Shown here: in pieces, positions 1 through 8,255 of the stretch
Numbering within the stretch: the first letter of the stretch is position 1
Layout of the letters: every line of letters starts with the position of its first letter
Source of the DNA: Candidatus Zhuqueibacterota bacterium
Lineage (GTDB): Bacteria; BS750m-G25
Assembly: GCA_016783505.1 (NCBI GenBank)
Contig: JADHWK010000019.1
Coordinates: 1-39,478, forward strand
Direction: 5' to 3'
Length of the DNA: 39,478 nucleotides
Notes under the pieces: generated by a model
What the model saw: the letters and a program-made list of their open reading frames with translations, nothing else
The model's database searches: none
Told to the model about the DNA's origin: nothing
Program-made: the position numbers and the translations under genes

Positions 1-475
1 TAGCAAATCCATAGTTTTCGTAGACGGTCACGATCTCCCGCACCAGGTCCATCCCTACGTGGCTGATGTCATCCAACCGACCCACGAAGGGACTGGCAAA
101 GGTGGCCCCGGCCTTGGCTGCCAGGATGGCCTGGGGAACTGAGAAAACCAGCGTCATATTGGTCATAATGTTCTCAGCGGACAAGGTCTTCACCGCCCGC
201 AATCCCTCCTTGGTCATAGGGATTTTTACGGTAACGTTGGGGTGAAGGGATGATAACTCCCGGGCTTCCTTTACCATCCCTTCATAATCCTGACTTATTG
301 CCTCGGCGCTAACCGGACCGTCAACGATACGGCAGATTTCCTTAATATGCTCCTTAAAATCAACGGGCTTTTCCTTGGATAACAAGGTGGGATTTGTGGT
401 TACCCCATCCAGAACCCCCAAACTTGCTGCTTCCCTGATTTCGTTCAGATTGGCCGTGTCAATAAAAAATTTCAT
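1..475 (-). CDS. fsa: Transaldolase / fructose-6-phosphate aldolase (FSA/TalC family); 3' end runs off the window
   Basis: Hand translation from ATG at 475 gives [30 protein letters not shown], with the family signatures DTA and GVTTNP. Confidence 0.93.
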   Translation of the reverse strand, partial: MKFFIDTANLNEIREAASLGVLDGVTTNPTLLSKEKPVDFKEHIKEICRIVDGPVSAEAISQDYEGMVKEARELSSLHPNVTVKIPMTKEGLRAVKTLSAENIMTNMTLVFSVPQAILAAKAGATFASPFVGRLDDISHVGMDLVREIVTVYENYGFA

Positions 476-503
476 CGTTCTACCTTCTTTCTATCCAGGT
501 TCG

Positions 504-717
504 CTACTGTCGGCGCTTTTTTAAATCTCGTATAATTGTTGACAAAACCAAAATACTAATGAAAATGAACAATCAGATTAAAAAAATGGCTAATGTATCC
601 ATTTCTTTCATTTTATGTTTTCTAAGTTGAAAACCGTAAAAGTAAATTCCAATTACAACACTTAATCCCAAGAGGGCTTAGACCAGTTTTAATATACCGC
701 CAACTATAATAATTCAT
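504..717 (-). pseudogene. Possible degraded small membrane-protein gene
   Basis: Reads MNYYSWRYIKTGLS, then a frameshift, then LLGLSVVIGIYFYGFQLRKHKMKEMDTLAIFLI*LFIFISILVLSTIIRDLKKRRQ*. Two hydrophobic stretches, one frameshift and one in-frame TGA. Confidence 0.25.
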
Positions 718-892
718 TAAGAGTGTTGTCCCGAAGGTTAGGAACAAATTTCTCAGTCTTTAGGAACATGGATGACCCCAGTTTGAAAAACTGTCCGTCT
801 AAGGAAAAGCCCTTTGAGAAAAAGTTCAGTATTTTTTCACTGCAACCTTGTAAATAAAGAGAATTTCTAAACCCCATTATTTTATGACTTTT

Positions 893-1060
893 CTACAGCC
901 ATCCTCTATATCTATAATATTTATATCCGCACTCCTCTATGAATTCTTTAGCCTCCTTTTGAATGTTTTCTATCAAGGAATGGGCATCATATCCGCTTTT
1001 TTTCCACATTTCTTTTCTAATCTTATGGATTTCTTTTAACATGGGGTCTTTCTCATACAT
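893..1060 (-). CDS. Small hypothetical protein (55 aa)
   Basis: Hand-translated ORF MYEKDPMLKEIHKIRKEMWKKSGYDAHSLIENIQKEAKEFIEECGYKYYRYRGWL*. It is below the ORF-track cutoff and resembles common small 'DP..E+..IR' hypothetical proteins. Confidence 0.55.
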   Translation of the reverse strand: MYEKDPMLKEIHKIRKEMWKKSGYDAHSLIENIQKEAKEFIEECGYKYYRYRGWL

Positions 1061-1245
1061 CTTTACAAACCGTTGAAACGGTTAGGGATGGTGGAAAGTG
1101 CTCCTTTTATTTCACCACGATGAATCGTGGTGTTATTACTATTCTTACAAAGATCGGTGTTCATTGTTAAGTTTAACACCCGAATTCATTCGGGTGACAT
1201 CGTAATCAATCACCCCTCCCTTAAGAACCGTTTTAACGGTTTCCT
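1060..1245. repeat. REP/BIME-like palindromic unit, copy 1 (downstream of tnpA)
   Basis: Four hairpins in A-B-B'-A' order: AACCGTTGAAACGGTT, CACCACGATGAATCGTGGTG, CACCCGAATTCATTCGGGTG, AACCGTTTTAACGGTT. Near-identical direct copy at 1690-1879. Confidence 0.85.
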
Positions 1246-1676
1246 CCTATCTGAAATCCATACTTTCGTAATAACAGGTCGTATTCCTCACGAAAAGACC
1301 TTTTCTTATGATGTTCATCTTGGTTTTGTATATATCGCTTTACCTGCTCTATCTGCGATGCACTTATAGAAAATGCACCATACCCCCGCTGCCAGTTAAA
1401 ATGCACCCCCAAAAAACCATTCTCGTTGATCCAGTGGGCGGATTCCCCCTTCAATGCTTTCACCACCCCCTGCAGGGTCTTGTCAGAAGGAAGGTTAAAG
1501 AAACTGTGAATGTGCTCTGGCTGTATGTTTAAGCGCTCAAGGGGAGTTCCGCTGGCCTGGGCGTATTCGAGGAGATGTTGGTGGATCAAGGGACGAATCT
1601 CAGGCTTCAAGATCCTCACCCGATTTTTGGTCGTCCAGATCAAATGAATCCAGATTTTGGTGTAGGAGTGCAACAT
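1233..1676 (-). CDS. tnpA: IS200/IS605-family Y1 HUH transposase (TnpA, REP-associated/RAYT-like)
   Basis: Motifs HLIWTTKNR, HUH (EHIHS), WQRGYGAFS and catalytic Tyr in YIQNQ..HH. No tnpB; flanked by REP units. Confidence 0.9.
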   Translation of the reverse strand: MLHSYTKIWIHLIWTTKNRVRILKPEIRPLIHQHLLEYAQASGTPLERLNIQPEHIHSFFNLPSDKTLQGVVKALKGESAHWINENGFLGVHFNWQRGYGAFSISASQIEQVKRYIQNQDEHHKKRSFREEYDLLLRKYGFQIGGNR

Positions 1677-1689
1677 CAGTCAGATTTCC

Positions 1690-1879
1690 TCTTTACAAAC
1701 CGTTGAAACGTTTAGGGATGGTGGAAAGTGCTCCTTTTATTTCACCACGATGAATCGTGGTGTTATTCTTACAATTCTTACAAAGATCGGTGTTCATTGT
1801 TAAGTCTAACACCCGAATTTATTCGGGTGATATATCGGCATCAGCTACCTTTCCCTAAGAACCGTTTTAACGGTTTCCT
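1690..1879. repeat. REP/BIME-like palindromic unit, copy 2 (upstream of tnpA)
   Basis: Direct repeat of 1060-1245 with the same four hairpins. Confidence 0.85.
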
Positions 1880-1919
1880 ACACTTCCAATGAGAAGCCCT
1901 TTCAAGACAAGCACTGTTT

Positions 1920-2648
1920 TTAATAGTAAACCTTTAGTAAAAACAACCCTCTGGCCGGTGCCGTTGGTCCCCCGTAGATACGATCTTCTCTTTCAAGGAT
2001 TGTCTTAAAATCTTCCGCTGAAATCTTGCCCCGACCCACCTCCAGCAGTGTCCCTACGATGGTTCTGACCATCCCTTGCAAGAAACGGTTTGCTTTTATC
2101 TCAAAATAAATCTCGTTCTCATTCCCCGTCCATCGGACCTCTTCCACCTGACAGCGGTGATGCTTTACCGCCGACTTTCCCCTACAAAATGATTTAAAAT
2201 TGTGTTCCCCCACCAAAAGCTGGGAGCACGATTTCATCAGCTCCAGGTCATATTTGAACTTGGGAAACCAGTAATAGTGTCTCCCCACGGCAGCAGGTCT
2301 TTTGGCCAACACATACCGATATCGTCTATAGTTAGCGTCATACCGGGCATGAAAGTCTTCACCGACCTCGGAGGCCCGATGAATGACCACATCCTGGGGA
2401 AGAAGACTGTTTAAGCCCAGTCTGATTCTCCCGCAGGCCAAGGGATTTTCCGTCCTGAAATTGGCTACCTGAGCCTGGGCGTGGACCCCGGAGTCAGTCC
2501 GGGAGGAGCCGATAAGGTTAACCTGCTCCTGCAATAGCTGCTTTAAGGCCTGCTGCACCACCCCCTGCACCGTACGCTGACCTTTCTGAACCTGCCAGCC
2601 AGCAAAATCGGTGCCGTCATATTCGAGCTCCAGCTTAATGTTACGCAT
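1920..2648 (-). CDS. truA: tRNA pseudouridine(38-40) synthase
   Basis: Motifs YDGTDFAGWQVQ, SSRTDSGVHA, FHARY, FLQGMVR and TAPARGLFL. Confidence 0.96.
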   Translation of the reverse strand: MRNIKLELEYDGTDFAGWQVQKGQRTVQGVVQQALKQLLQEQVNLIGSSRTDSGVHAQAQVANFRTENPLACGRIRLGLNSLLPQDVVIHRASEVGEDFHARYDANYRRYRYVLAKRPAAVGRHYYWFPKFKYDLELMKSCSQLLVGEHNFKSFCRGKSAVKHHRCQVEEVRWTGNENEIYFEIKANRFLQGMVRTIVGTLLEVGRGKISAEDFKTILEREDRIYGGPTAPARGLFLLKVYY

Positions 2649-3438
2649 AACGGGTGATCAGCAACAGTAGGATCAAAGAACCAATCAGAACCCCCCCGTC
2701 TTTTCCCCGAAGGACGAGCTGATGGAAGCTCGTCCGCCCCCCTCCCCCCCGGTAGCCCCGGGCTTCCATGGCCAAGGCCAGATGATCAGCCCGCCTGAAG
2801 GTGGAATAAACCACGGGAACAATTAAGGGTATTAAATTCTTGGTTTTTTTGAGCAACCCCCCCTTGAAATCCAGACCCCGGGATAATTGGGCATCCCGGA
2901 TACGAACCGCCTCATCCATTACCAAAGGAACAAAACACAGCGTCAAATTAACCATCATGGCCAGATCATCCACCGGAATTTTGATTTTCTTCAGGGGGGC
3001 CAAAAGCCGTTTCATAGCATCGGTCAGCTCCAGCGGGGTAGTGGTGAACATAAGTAGGGCAGAAAGCAGGATTAATAACCCGATACGCAGGCTAAAAAAA
3101 AGCCCCTTCCAGAATCCCTCAAAAGTAATATCCCAGTTCAGATAAGGAATAATCAAAAGAATCCGGCCATCGGTAAGAAACAAATGAACGAGCAAGGTAA
3201 TAGCAAAAAGCCAAACGAAGGGCCGCAGGTTCTGAAAGGCCGTTTTGGGAGAAATCTTGGCCACCAGGACGAGAGCAAAGATTATCCCGCCCAAAAGGAG
3301 GAGGAAGATGGGGTGGTGTAACAAAAATAGGTCTACCATTAGCGAAATGAAGACCAACAGTTTGGTTCTCGGGTCAAGCCGATGAACGACTGACCCGGTG
3401 TCCAGGTAACGCCCCCAGATAAAATCCTTCAAGAACAT
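2641..3438 (-). CDS. ecfT: Energy-coupling factor transporter transmembrane component T
   Basis: Motifs HRLDPRTK, AQLSRG and AMEARGY; hydrophobic; directly upstream of truA. Confidence 0.92.
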   Translation of the reverse strand: MFLKDFIWGRYLDTGSVVHRLDPRTKLLVFISLMVDLFLLHHPIFLLLLGGIIFALVLVAKISPKTAFQNLRPFVWLFAITLLVHLFLTDGRILLIIPYLNWDITFEGFWKGLFFSLRIGLLILLSALLMFTTTPLELTDAMKRLLAPLKKIKIPVDDLAMMVNLTLCFVPLVMDEAVRIRDAQLSRGLDFKGGLLKKTKNLIPLIVPVVYSTFRRADHLALAMEARGYRGGGGRTSFHQLVLRGKDGGVLIGSLILLLLITRYA

Positions 3439-3461
3439 ACGTGACCAAATTTAACCTGTTA

Positions 3462-3490
3462 ATTATACGGAATTTTTTGGAAAAAGTCAA
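3462..3490 (-). promoter_or_regulatory. sigma70-type promoter for ecfT-truA
   Basis: TTGACT-N17-TATAAT on the minus strand. Confidence 0.65.
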
Positions 3491-3643
3491 ATCATATTTT
3501 CCTTGATTATTTTGAAAAAAGTCCTTATTTTGCACCGAATATATAATTTTTTCTTCGTAATAACTAAGTGTTGGTATAAAGGTTTGTTTACATTTTAACT
3601 TCGTATTATAAATTAAACTTTGTCATTTATCCCGGAGAAGACC

Positions 3644-5677
3644 ATGACTAATCATGAAAAACCGTATATTCCTTACGATACCAAACTCCCTGAATTCACC
3701 CTGAAGGCTATCCTTTTGGGCATTCTGATGGCCGTAATTTTGGGGGCCGCCAATGCTTATCTGGGCATGAAAGCCGGCATGACCATCGCCGCCACCATCC
3801 CCGCTGCGGTCATCGCCATCGCCGCCTTCCGACTGCCCTTTTTCCGTGGGAGTGTACTGGAACAGAACATCGCCCGCACCACTGCCTCTGTCGGTGAAGC
3901 GTTGGTGGCCGGGGCCATCTTTACCATCCCCGCTTTCGTCATCGTCGAGGTGGGGGGGCAAAAATTGTGGAAGACCTTTCATTATTGGGACACGACGATC
4001 ATTCTCTTAGCGGGGGGAATGCTGGGCATTCTTTTTGTCATCATCCTCCGCCGCACCCTGTGCATTGACGCCCAGCTTCCCTTCCCCGAAAGCTACGCCT
4101 GCGCCGAGATCGTCAAAGCGGGACAGGGGGGGGAGACCGGGGCCAAATACGTATTCGGGGCCATGGGAGTGGGGGTAATCCTGCAACTTTTAAAAGATAG
4201 TCAAGGATTTCAAATTTTCAAGGAATATGCAGGGGGATTCATCAAATTTCCGGCCTCTGTCATTCACCATTTCGACCCCCAGAGAAACCCTATCGGGGAT
4301 GTGGCCCATGGGGGTGGATTAGCCTTTTCTTCCCCGGTGGCCTCCCCGGCCCTGATAAGTATCGGCTACATCATCGGACCGAGACTGGCGGCCATCAACT
4401 TCTCCGGCGGAGTGTTCGCCTGGCTCATCTTGATCCCCCTGGCCCTATTTCTCGACCCCGACCTTCCCTCCCGGCTTAATCTGTCAGGAACCATGGCCGA
4501 TTGGGAAACGGTGAGCTATTCGGTCTGGTACAACATCGTCAGGCCTATCGCCGTGGGGGCCATGCTGGTGGGATCGCTTTACACTCTCTATAAAATGCGG
4601 GAATCCATTCTGAATTCTGTCAGGGGAGCCTTTAAAAAATATTCACTTTCTAAAGAGGAAGGGGAATTTGCCCCCACCCGCCTGGACATAGACATTCCCT
4701 TAAAGTGGATCATTATTGCCATTGTCATCCTGGTCCTGCCCATTACCGCCATCTACTATTATTTCTGCCACAACTTCTGGGGAGCGGTGCTGGCGGCGAT
4801 CATCATGACCCTGACCGGGTTTTTGTTCTCCGCGGTCGGGGGGTATTTGGTGGGATTAGTGGGTGGATCGAATCAACCCGTATCGGGCCTGACGCTCTCC
4901 GCCCTTATCGTGGCTGCCCTGATTATGGTGCTCATCGGGGTGACCGGGCTTTCGGGGGTGGCCGCCGTCCTCGGGGTGGCGGCAGTGGTCTGCTGTGCCA
5001 CCTGCACCTCGGGGGACATGATCCAGGATCTGAAAGTGGGACACCTTTTAGGCGGTACCCCCTGGAAGATGGAGATCGCCGAGATCATCAGCACCATCGT
5101 AGTCTCCTTTGTGCTGGTTTTCCCCATCATGTTCCTTCACGAGGCCAACATCAAAATGGGGGGGATCGGCATCGGTGACAAGGCATTACCGGCCCCCCAG
5201 GCGGGGCTGATGGCCCAACTGGCCAAGGGAATTGTGGGCGGGGAGATGCCCTGGGGTTTGATCCTGGTGGGAATGATGTTCTCGGTGGGACTGATCATGA
5301 TCAAAGCCCCTTCCCCTATGTTGATCGCGGTAGGGATGTATCTCCCATTCGAGACCACCTTTTCAATTTTTATCGGCGGAGCCATCAAGTGGGTCTTTGA
5401 TAGAATGTCAAAAAGACGTGGTCTCTCAGACAAGGATAAAGAACGCTCAGCGAGTAAAGGGGTGCTGGTGGCCTCGGGGTTCATCGCCGGGGAGGCCATC
5501 ACCGGAATTCTTCTGGCGGTGTTGGTGTTGAGCAACGTCCCCTCCATCACCCATATACTGACCGGATTGGAGCAACTGCCATTTTATGAAAATTGGGGGG
5601 GCTGGCTATCCCTGATCATCTTTGCGGTGGTTATTTACGGATTAATTAAAATACCTATAGGGAGAGAAAAAACCTGA
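3644..5677 (+). CDS. Oligopeptide transporter, OPT family
   Basis: Motifs NAYLGMKAG, LPFPES, QDLKVGHLLGGTP and LPAPQAGLM; many TM helices. GGAG RBS before ATG 3644. Confidence 0.92.
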   Translation: MTNHEKPYIPYDTKLPEFTLKAILLGILMAVILGAANAYLGMKAGMTIAATIPAAVIAIAAFRLPFFRGSVLEQNIARTTASVGEALVAGAIFTIPAFVIVEVGGQKLWKTFHYWDTTIILLAGGMLGILFVIILRRTLCIDAQLPFPESYACAEIVKAGQGGETGAKYVFGAMGVGVILQLLKDSQGFQIFKEYAGGFIKFPASVIHHFDPQRNPIGDVAHGGGLAFSSPVASPALISIGYIIGPRLAAINFSGGVFAWLILIPLALFLDPDLPSRLNLSGTMADWETVSYSVWYNIVRPIAVGAMLVGSLYTLYKMRESILNSVRGAFKKYSLSKEEGEFAPTRLDIDIPLKWIIIAIVILVLPITAIYYYFCHNFWGAVLAAIIMTLTGFLFSAVGGYLVGLVGGSNQPVSGLTLSALIVAALIMVLIGVTGLSGVAAVLGVAAVVCCATCTSGDMIQDLKVGHLLGGTPWKMEIAEIISTIVVSFVLVFPIMFLHEANIKMGGIGIGDKALPAPQAGLMAQLAKGIVGGEMPWGLILVGMMFSVGLIMIKAPSPMLIAVGMYLPFETTFSIFIGGAIKWVFDRMSKRRGLSDKDKERSASKGVLVASGFIAGEAITGILLAVLVLSNVPSITHILTGLEQLPFYENWGGWLSLIIFAVVIYGLIKIPIGREKT

Positions 5678-5778
5678 AGGATACATAAATAAACTCAGTC
5701 GAGATTAAAAAAAAACCTATTTATAAGGTGTCTTTTTATTTACCGGTGGCAATTCCTATAAATTGGAATAATCTATCC

Positions 5779-5832
5779 AATCCAATTCATTGGATTTACA
5801 TAAAATTTTAGGATAGCAATTTATTGCTATCC
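5779..5832. repeat. Two REP-like hairpins in the convergent intergenic region
   Basis: AATCCAATTCATTGGATT (5779-5796) and GGATAGCAATTTATTGCTATCC (5811-5832). The central AATTYATT matches the tnpA-flanking hairpins. Confidence 0.5.
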
Positions 5833-5916
5833 AGGAGGAAGTTATCCTTCGCATTCAGACCAGCCGGATCAAAAAACATTCCTTCTTATCTTTAATTCCT
5901 GTGGTTCCTATACAAT

Positions 5917-5956
5917 AAAAAACCCCAATCCTTTCAACGGATGGGGGCTTGTTTTA
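5917..5956. terminator. Probable bidirectional intrinsic terminator
   Basis: AAAAAACCCCAATCC...GGATGGGGGCTTGTTTT between convergent genes. Confidence 0.5.
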
Positions 5957-6043
5957 TTCCCATACATTTAACCTAACCTTAAAAGATCGGGCATCCTTAA
6001 TGACTCAATGACTTAATGACTTATTGACCCATTGACTAGGCCT

Positions 6044-7003
6044 TCAGGGGAAGTGGACAACACGATAGGGCACACCCCAGATGTTGGAATCGTAGGGCTC
6101 GGTATCATCGTAAACCGTCCTGTGATCCAGAAAGTCAAAGCGGGCATAGAAGCGACCCATCCTTCGCACCTCCCACAACCCACTGTAAATACCGTCACCG
6201 GCTATTGCATCGGGATAGAATCCAGCATCGTTGAGCCGCCTTCGGGCCCGGAAACGTGGACTATGGCGGTAGTGCAACAGACCTACCTTGGGGTCGGTAT
6301 CAGCCATGATGACAAATACCTTTACTGTGTCCCGCCAGAAAAATCGGGGCACCCCAAACCGCGGGGGCAAAAAGGTATTCAACGGGTCGTCCACCGAAAG
6401 GAGCAGGCTATCAGGGTCTCCTTCCCTGCAACGATAGATCTCAAGATGTAAGATTTCCACCTGGTTGGGATTGGGATCCACCGAAAAATCCTCGCTTAAG
6501 GAAACACCCCGAAAGGCCCAATTTTCCCTGGGATTTGGGGAATTACCGACCCGGACGAAACGTAACCGCCTTGTGAGGTGGTTATACATATCCTTCTGAA
6601 ATACGAAATGAGAGTCCACGGTGTCAACCGCGACAATCAGAAACTGTCCGTTGAAGGAGCGCACTAAAGTGACGTATGCCGTATCCCCCTGGACCTCCAC
6701 TGAAATGGACTCCCGCCTGATCTGTCCCCGCCGGCCAAAGCGGACGGTTAAAATGGCACTGTCGAGCTGAGCCCCGCCGATCCCCTTTTCAAGGGTGCTG
6801 TCCTCAAATTCAGGCTCCACCGCCTCATCGTCAACGATTCCCTCATCGTAAAATATGTTGAGGGAATCGTCGGCTAGCAGGCCTTCGACCAACTCGGTGA
6901 TGGCTGCCTCATCGTCCACCTCCTCCTGGGTGCTCTCCGAACATCCGCCCCAAAAGAAGGCGAAGAACGCTAATATCACGGTCACTGGCAAGATTTTTCT
7001 CAT
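6044..7003 (-). CDS. Hypothetical lipoprotein
   Basis: Lipobox-like FWGGC after a hydrophobic signal, acidic N-terminal region, and a C-terminal LNDAG...DAIAGDGIYSG motif. Confidence 0.75.
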   Translation of the reverse strand: MRKILPVTVILAFFAFFWGGCSESTQEEVDDEAAITELVEGLLADDSLNIFYDEGIVDDEAVEPEFEDSTLEKGIGGAQLDSAILTVRFGRRGQIRRESISVEVQGDTAYVTLVRSFNGQFLIVAVDTVDSHFVFQKDMYNHLTRRLRFVRVGNSPNPRENWAFRGVSLSEDFSVDPNPNQVEILHLEIYRCREGDPDSLLLSVDDPLNTFLPPRFGVPRFFWRDTVKVFVIMADTDPKVGLLHYRHSPRFRARRRLNDAGFYPDAIAGDGIYSGLWEVRRMGRFYARFDFLDHRTVYDDTEPYDSNIWGVPYRVVHFP

Positions 7004-7112
7004 CCTGACCTCCGCAAAAAAATAACTTTAAATGAATTAATCAATCTACGCTCTTTTAGACATCCGAATTACGAAAAGGTTTAAACGATAATCCTACTCA
7101 TTTAAAAAATCC

Positions 7113-8240
7113 TTATGATTTATCCCGAACACAATCAACTAACCGAAGGATCTCATCCTCGGTATTATAGAAATGGGGACTAACCCGTATTCCCGTACCC
7201 CGGTGGGATACGATAATTTTTTGGGAACTTAATTTTTTATAAAGGTCACCGGGGTTTACGGCGCCAAAAAACACAATACCGGAGCGACAATCTGGCTCCA
7301 GGGGAGTTAGCACAGAAATCCCGCTTTCTTGTAACTCCGCTATCAGAAGATCAGTTAGATCCATTATTCGCTTCTTTATATTTTCGATCCCCACCCCAAG
7401 CAATAGTTTGATCGCCTCAATCATCCCTAAAAACCCCATAAAGTTGTAGCTGCCAATTTCATACCGCTGGGCTGAACCCAAGAGGTCAACATTATAGTTG
7501 AAGAAATTAGCCGGGTCTTTCATGGAAAGCCAGCCCAGATGGGCCTGATAAATCTGATCTTGGAGTTCCTCCGTGACATAGACAAATCCCGTCCCCTGGG
7601 GTGCCATCAGCCACTTATGTCCCCCACACGCTAAAAAATCCACCGACGCCTTCTGAACGTCTACGGGTAAGGCCCCCAATCCCTGGATAGCGTCAACACA
7701 GAAAATGATTCCTTTCCGCCTACACCAGCGGCCAATGGCTTCCAAGTCGGCCTTAAAACCATTAAGGAACTGAACAAAACTGAGGCAGAGCAACCGGGTC
7801 TTGGGCTTGACGGCGCGGTCCAGATCCTCCACCAAGATTTTACCGTCCCGGTTCTTGACAAAATCAATCTTTACCCCCCTTCTCTTAAGGTTTAAGAAGG
7901 GAAACACATTGGCGGGAAACTCAAGGTCGTTCAGTAGAATCCGGTCATCGGGTTGCCACTGGAGTCCGCTGGCCAGGATGTTCAGCCCCTCTGAGGTGTT
8001 TTTTACCAGTCCGATCCTGTCCCCGGGGGCATTGATGAGTTTGCCCAAAAGCCCTCTCAGATAGGTCATCTTCCCCAGATGTTCTTCTATTCGGTCTTCC
8101 CCATCCCGGGATCTGTGTCCGATAAATTCAGCGATGGCCTTTAACACCCGGGTGGACATCGGGGCTAAGGCAGCGTGGTTCAAATGAACGAACTTCTTAG
8201 TTATCGGATAAAGGGATCTGTAGTTTTCAAAATACCCCAT
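7113..8240 (-). CDS. Class V PLP-dependent aminotransferase (cysteine desulfurase/selenocysteine lyase-like)
   Basis: Motifs LNHAALAP, VDAIQGLG, GGHKWLMAPQG (PLP lysine) and IRVSPHFYN. Confidence 0.9.
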   Translation of the reverse strand: MGYFENYRSLYPITKKFVHLNHAALAPMSTRVLKAIAEFIGHRSRDGEDRIEEHLGKMTYLRGLLGKLINAPGDRIGLVKNTSEGLNILASGLQWQPDDRILLNDLEFPANVFPFLNLKRRGVKIDFVKNRDGKILVEDLDRAVKPKTRLLCLSFVQFLNGFKADLEAIGRWCRRKGIIFCVDAIQGLGALPVDVQKASVDFLACGGHKWLMAPQGTGFVYVTEELQDQIYQAHLGWLSMKDPANFFNYNVDLLGSAQRYEIGSYNFMGFLGMIEAIKLLLGVGIENIKKRIMDLTDLLIAELQESGISVLTPLEPDCRSGIVFFGAVNPGDLYKKLSSQKIIVSHRGTGIRVSPHFYNTEDEILRLVDCVRDKS

Positions 8241-8255
8241 AGATCTTTCCCTCTT

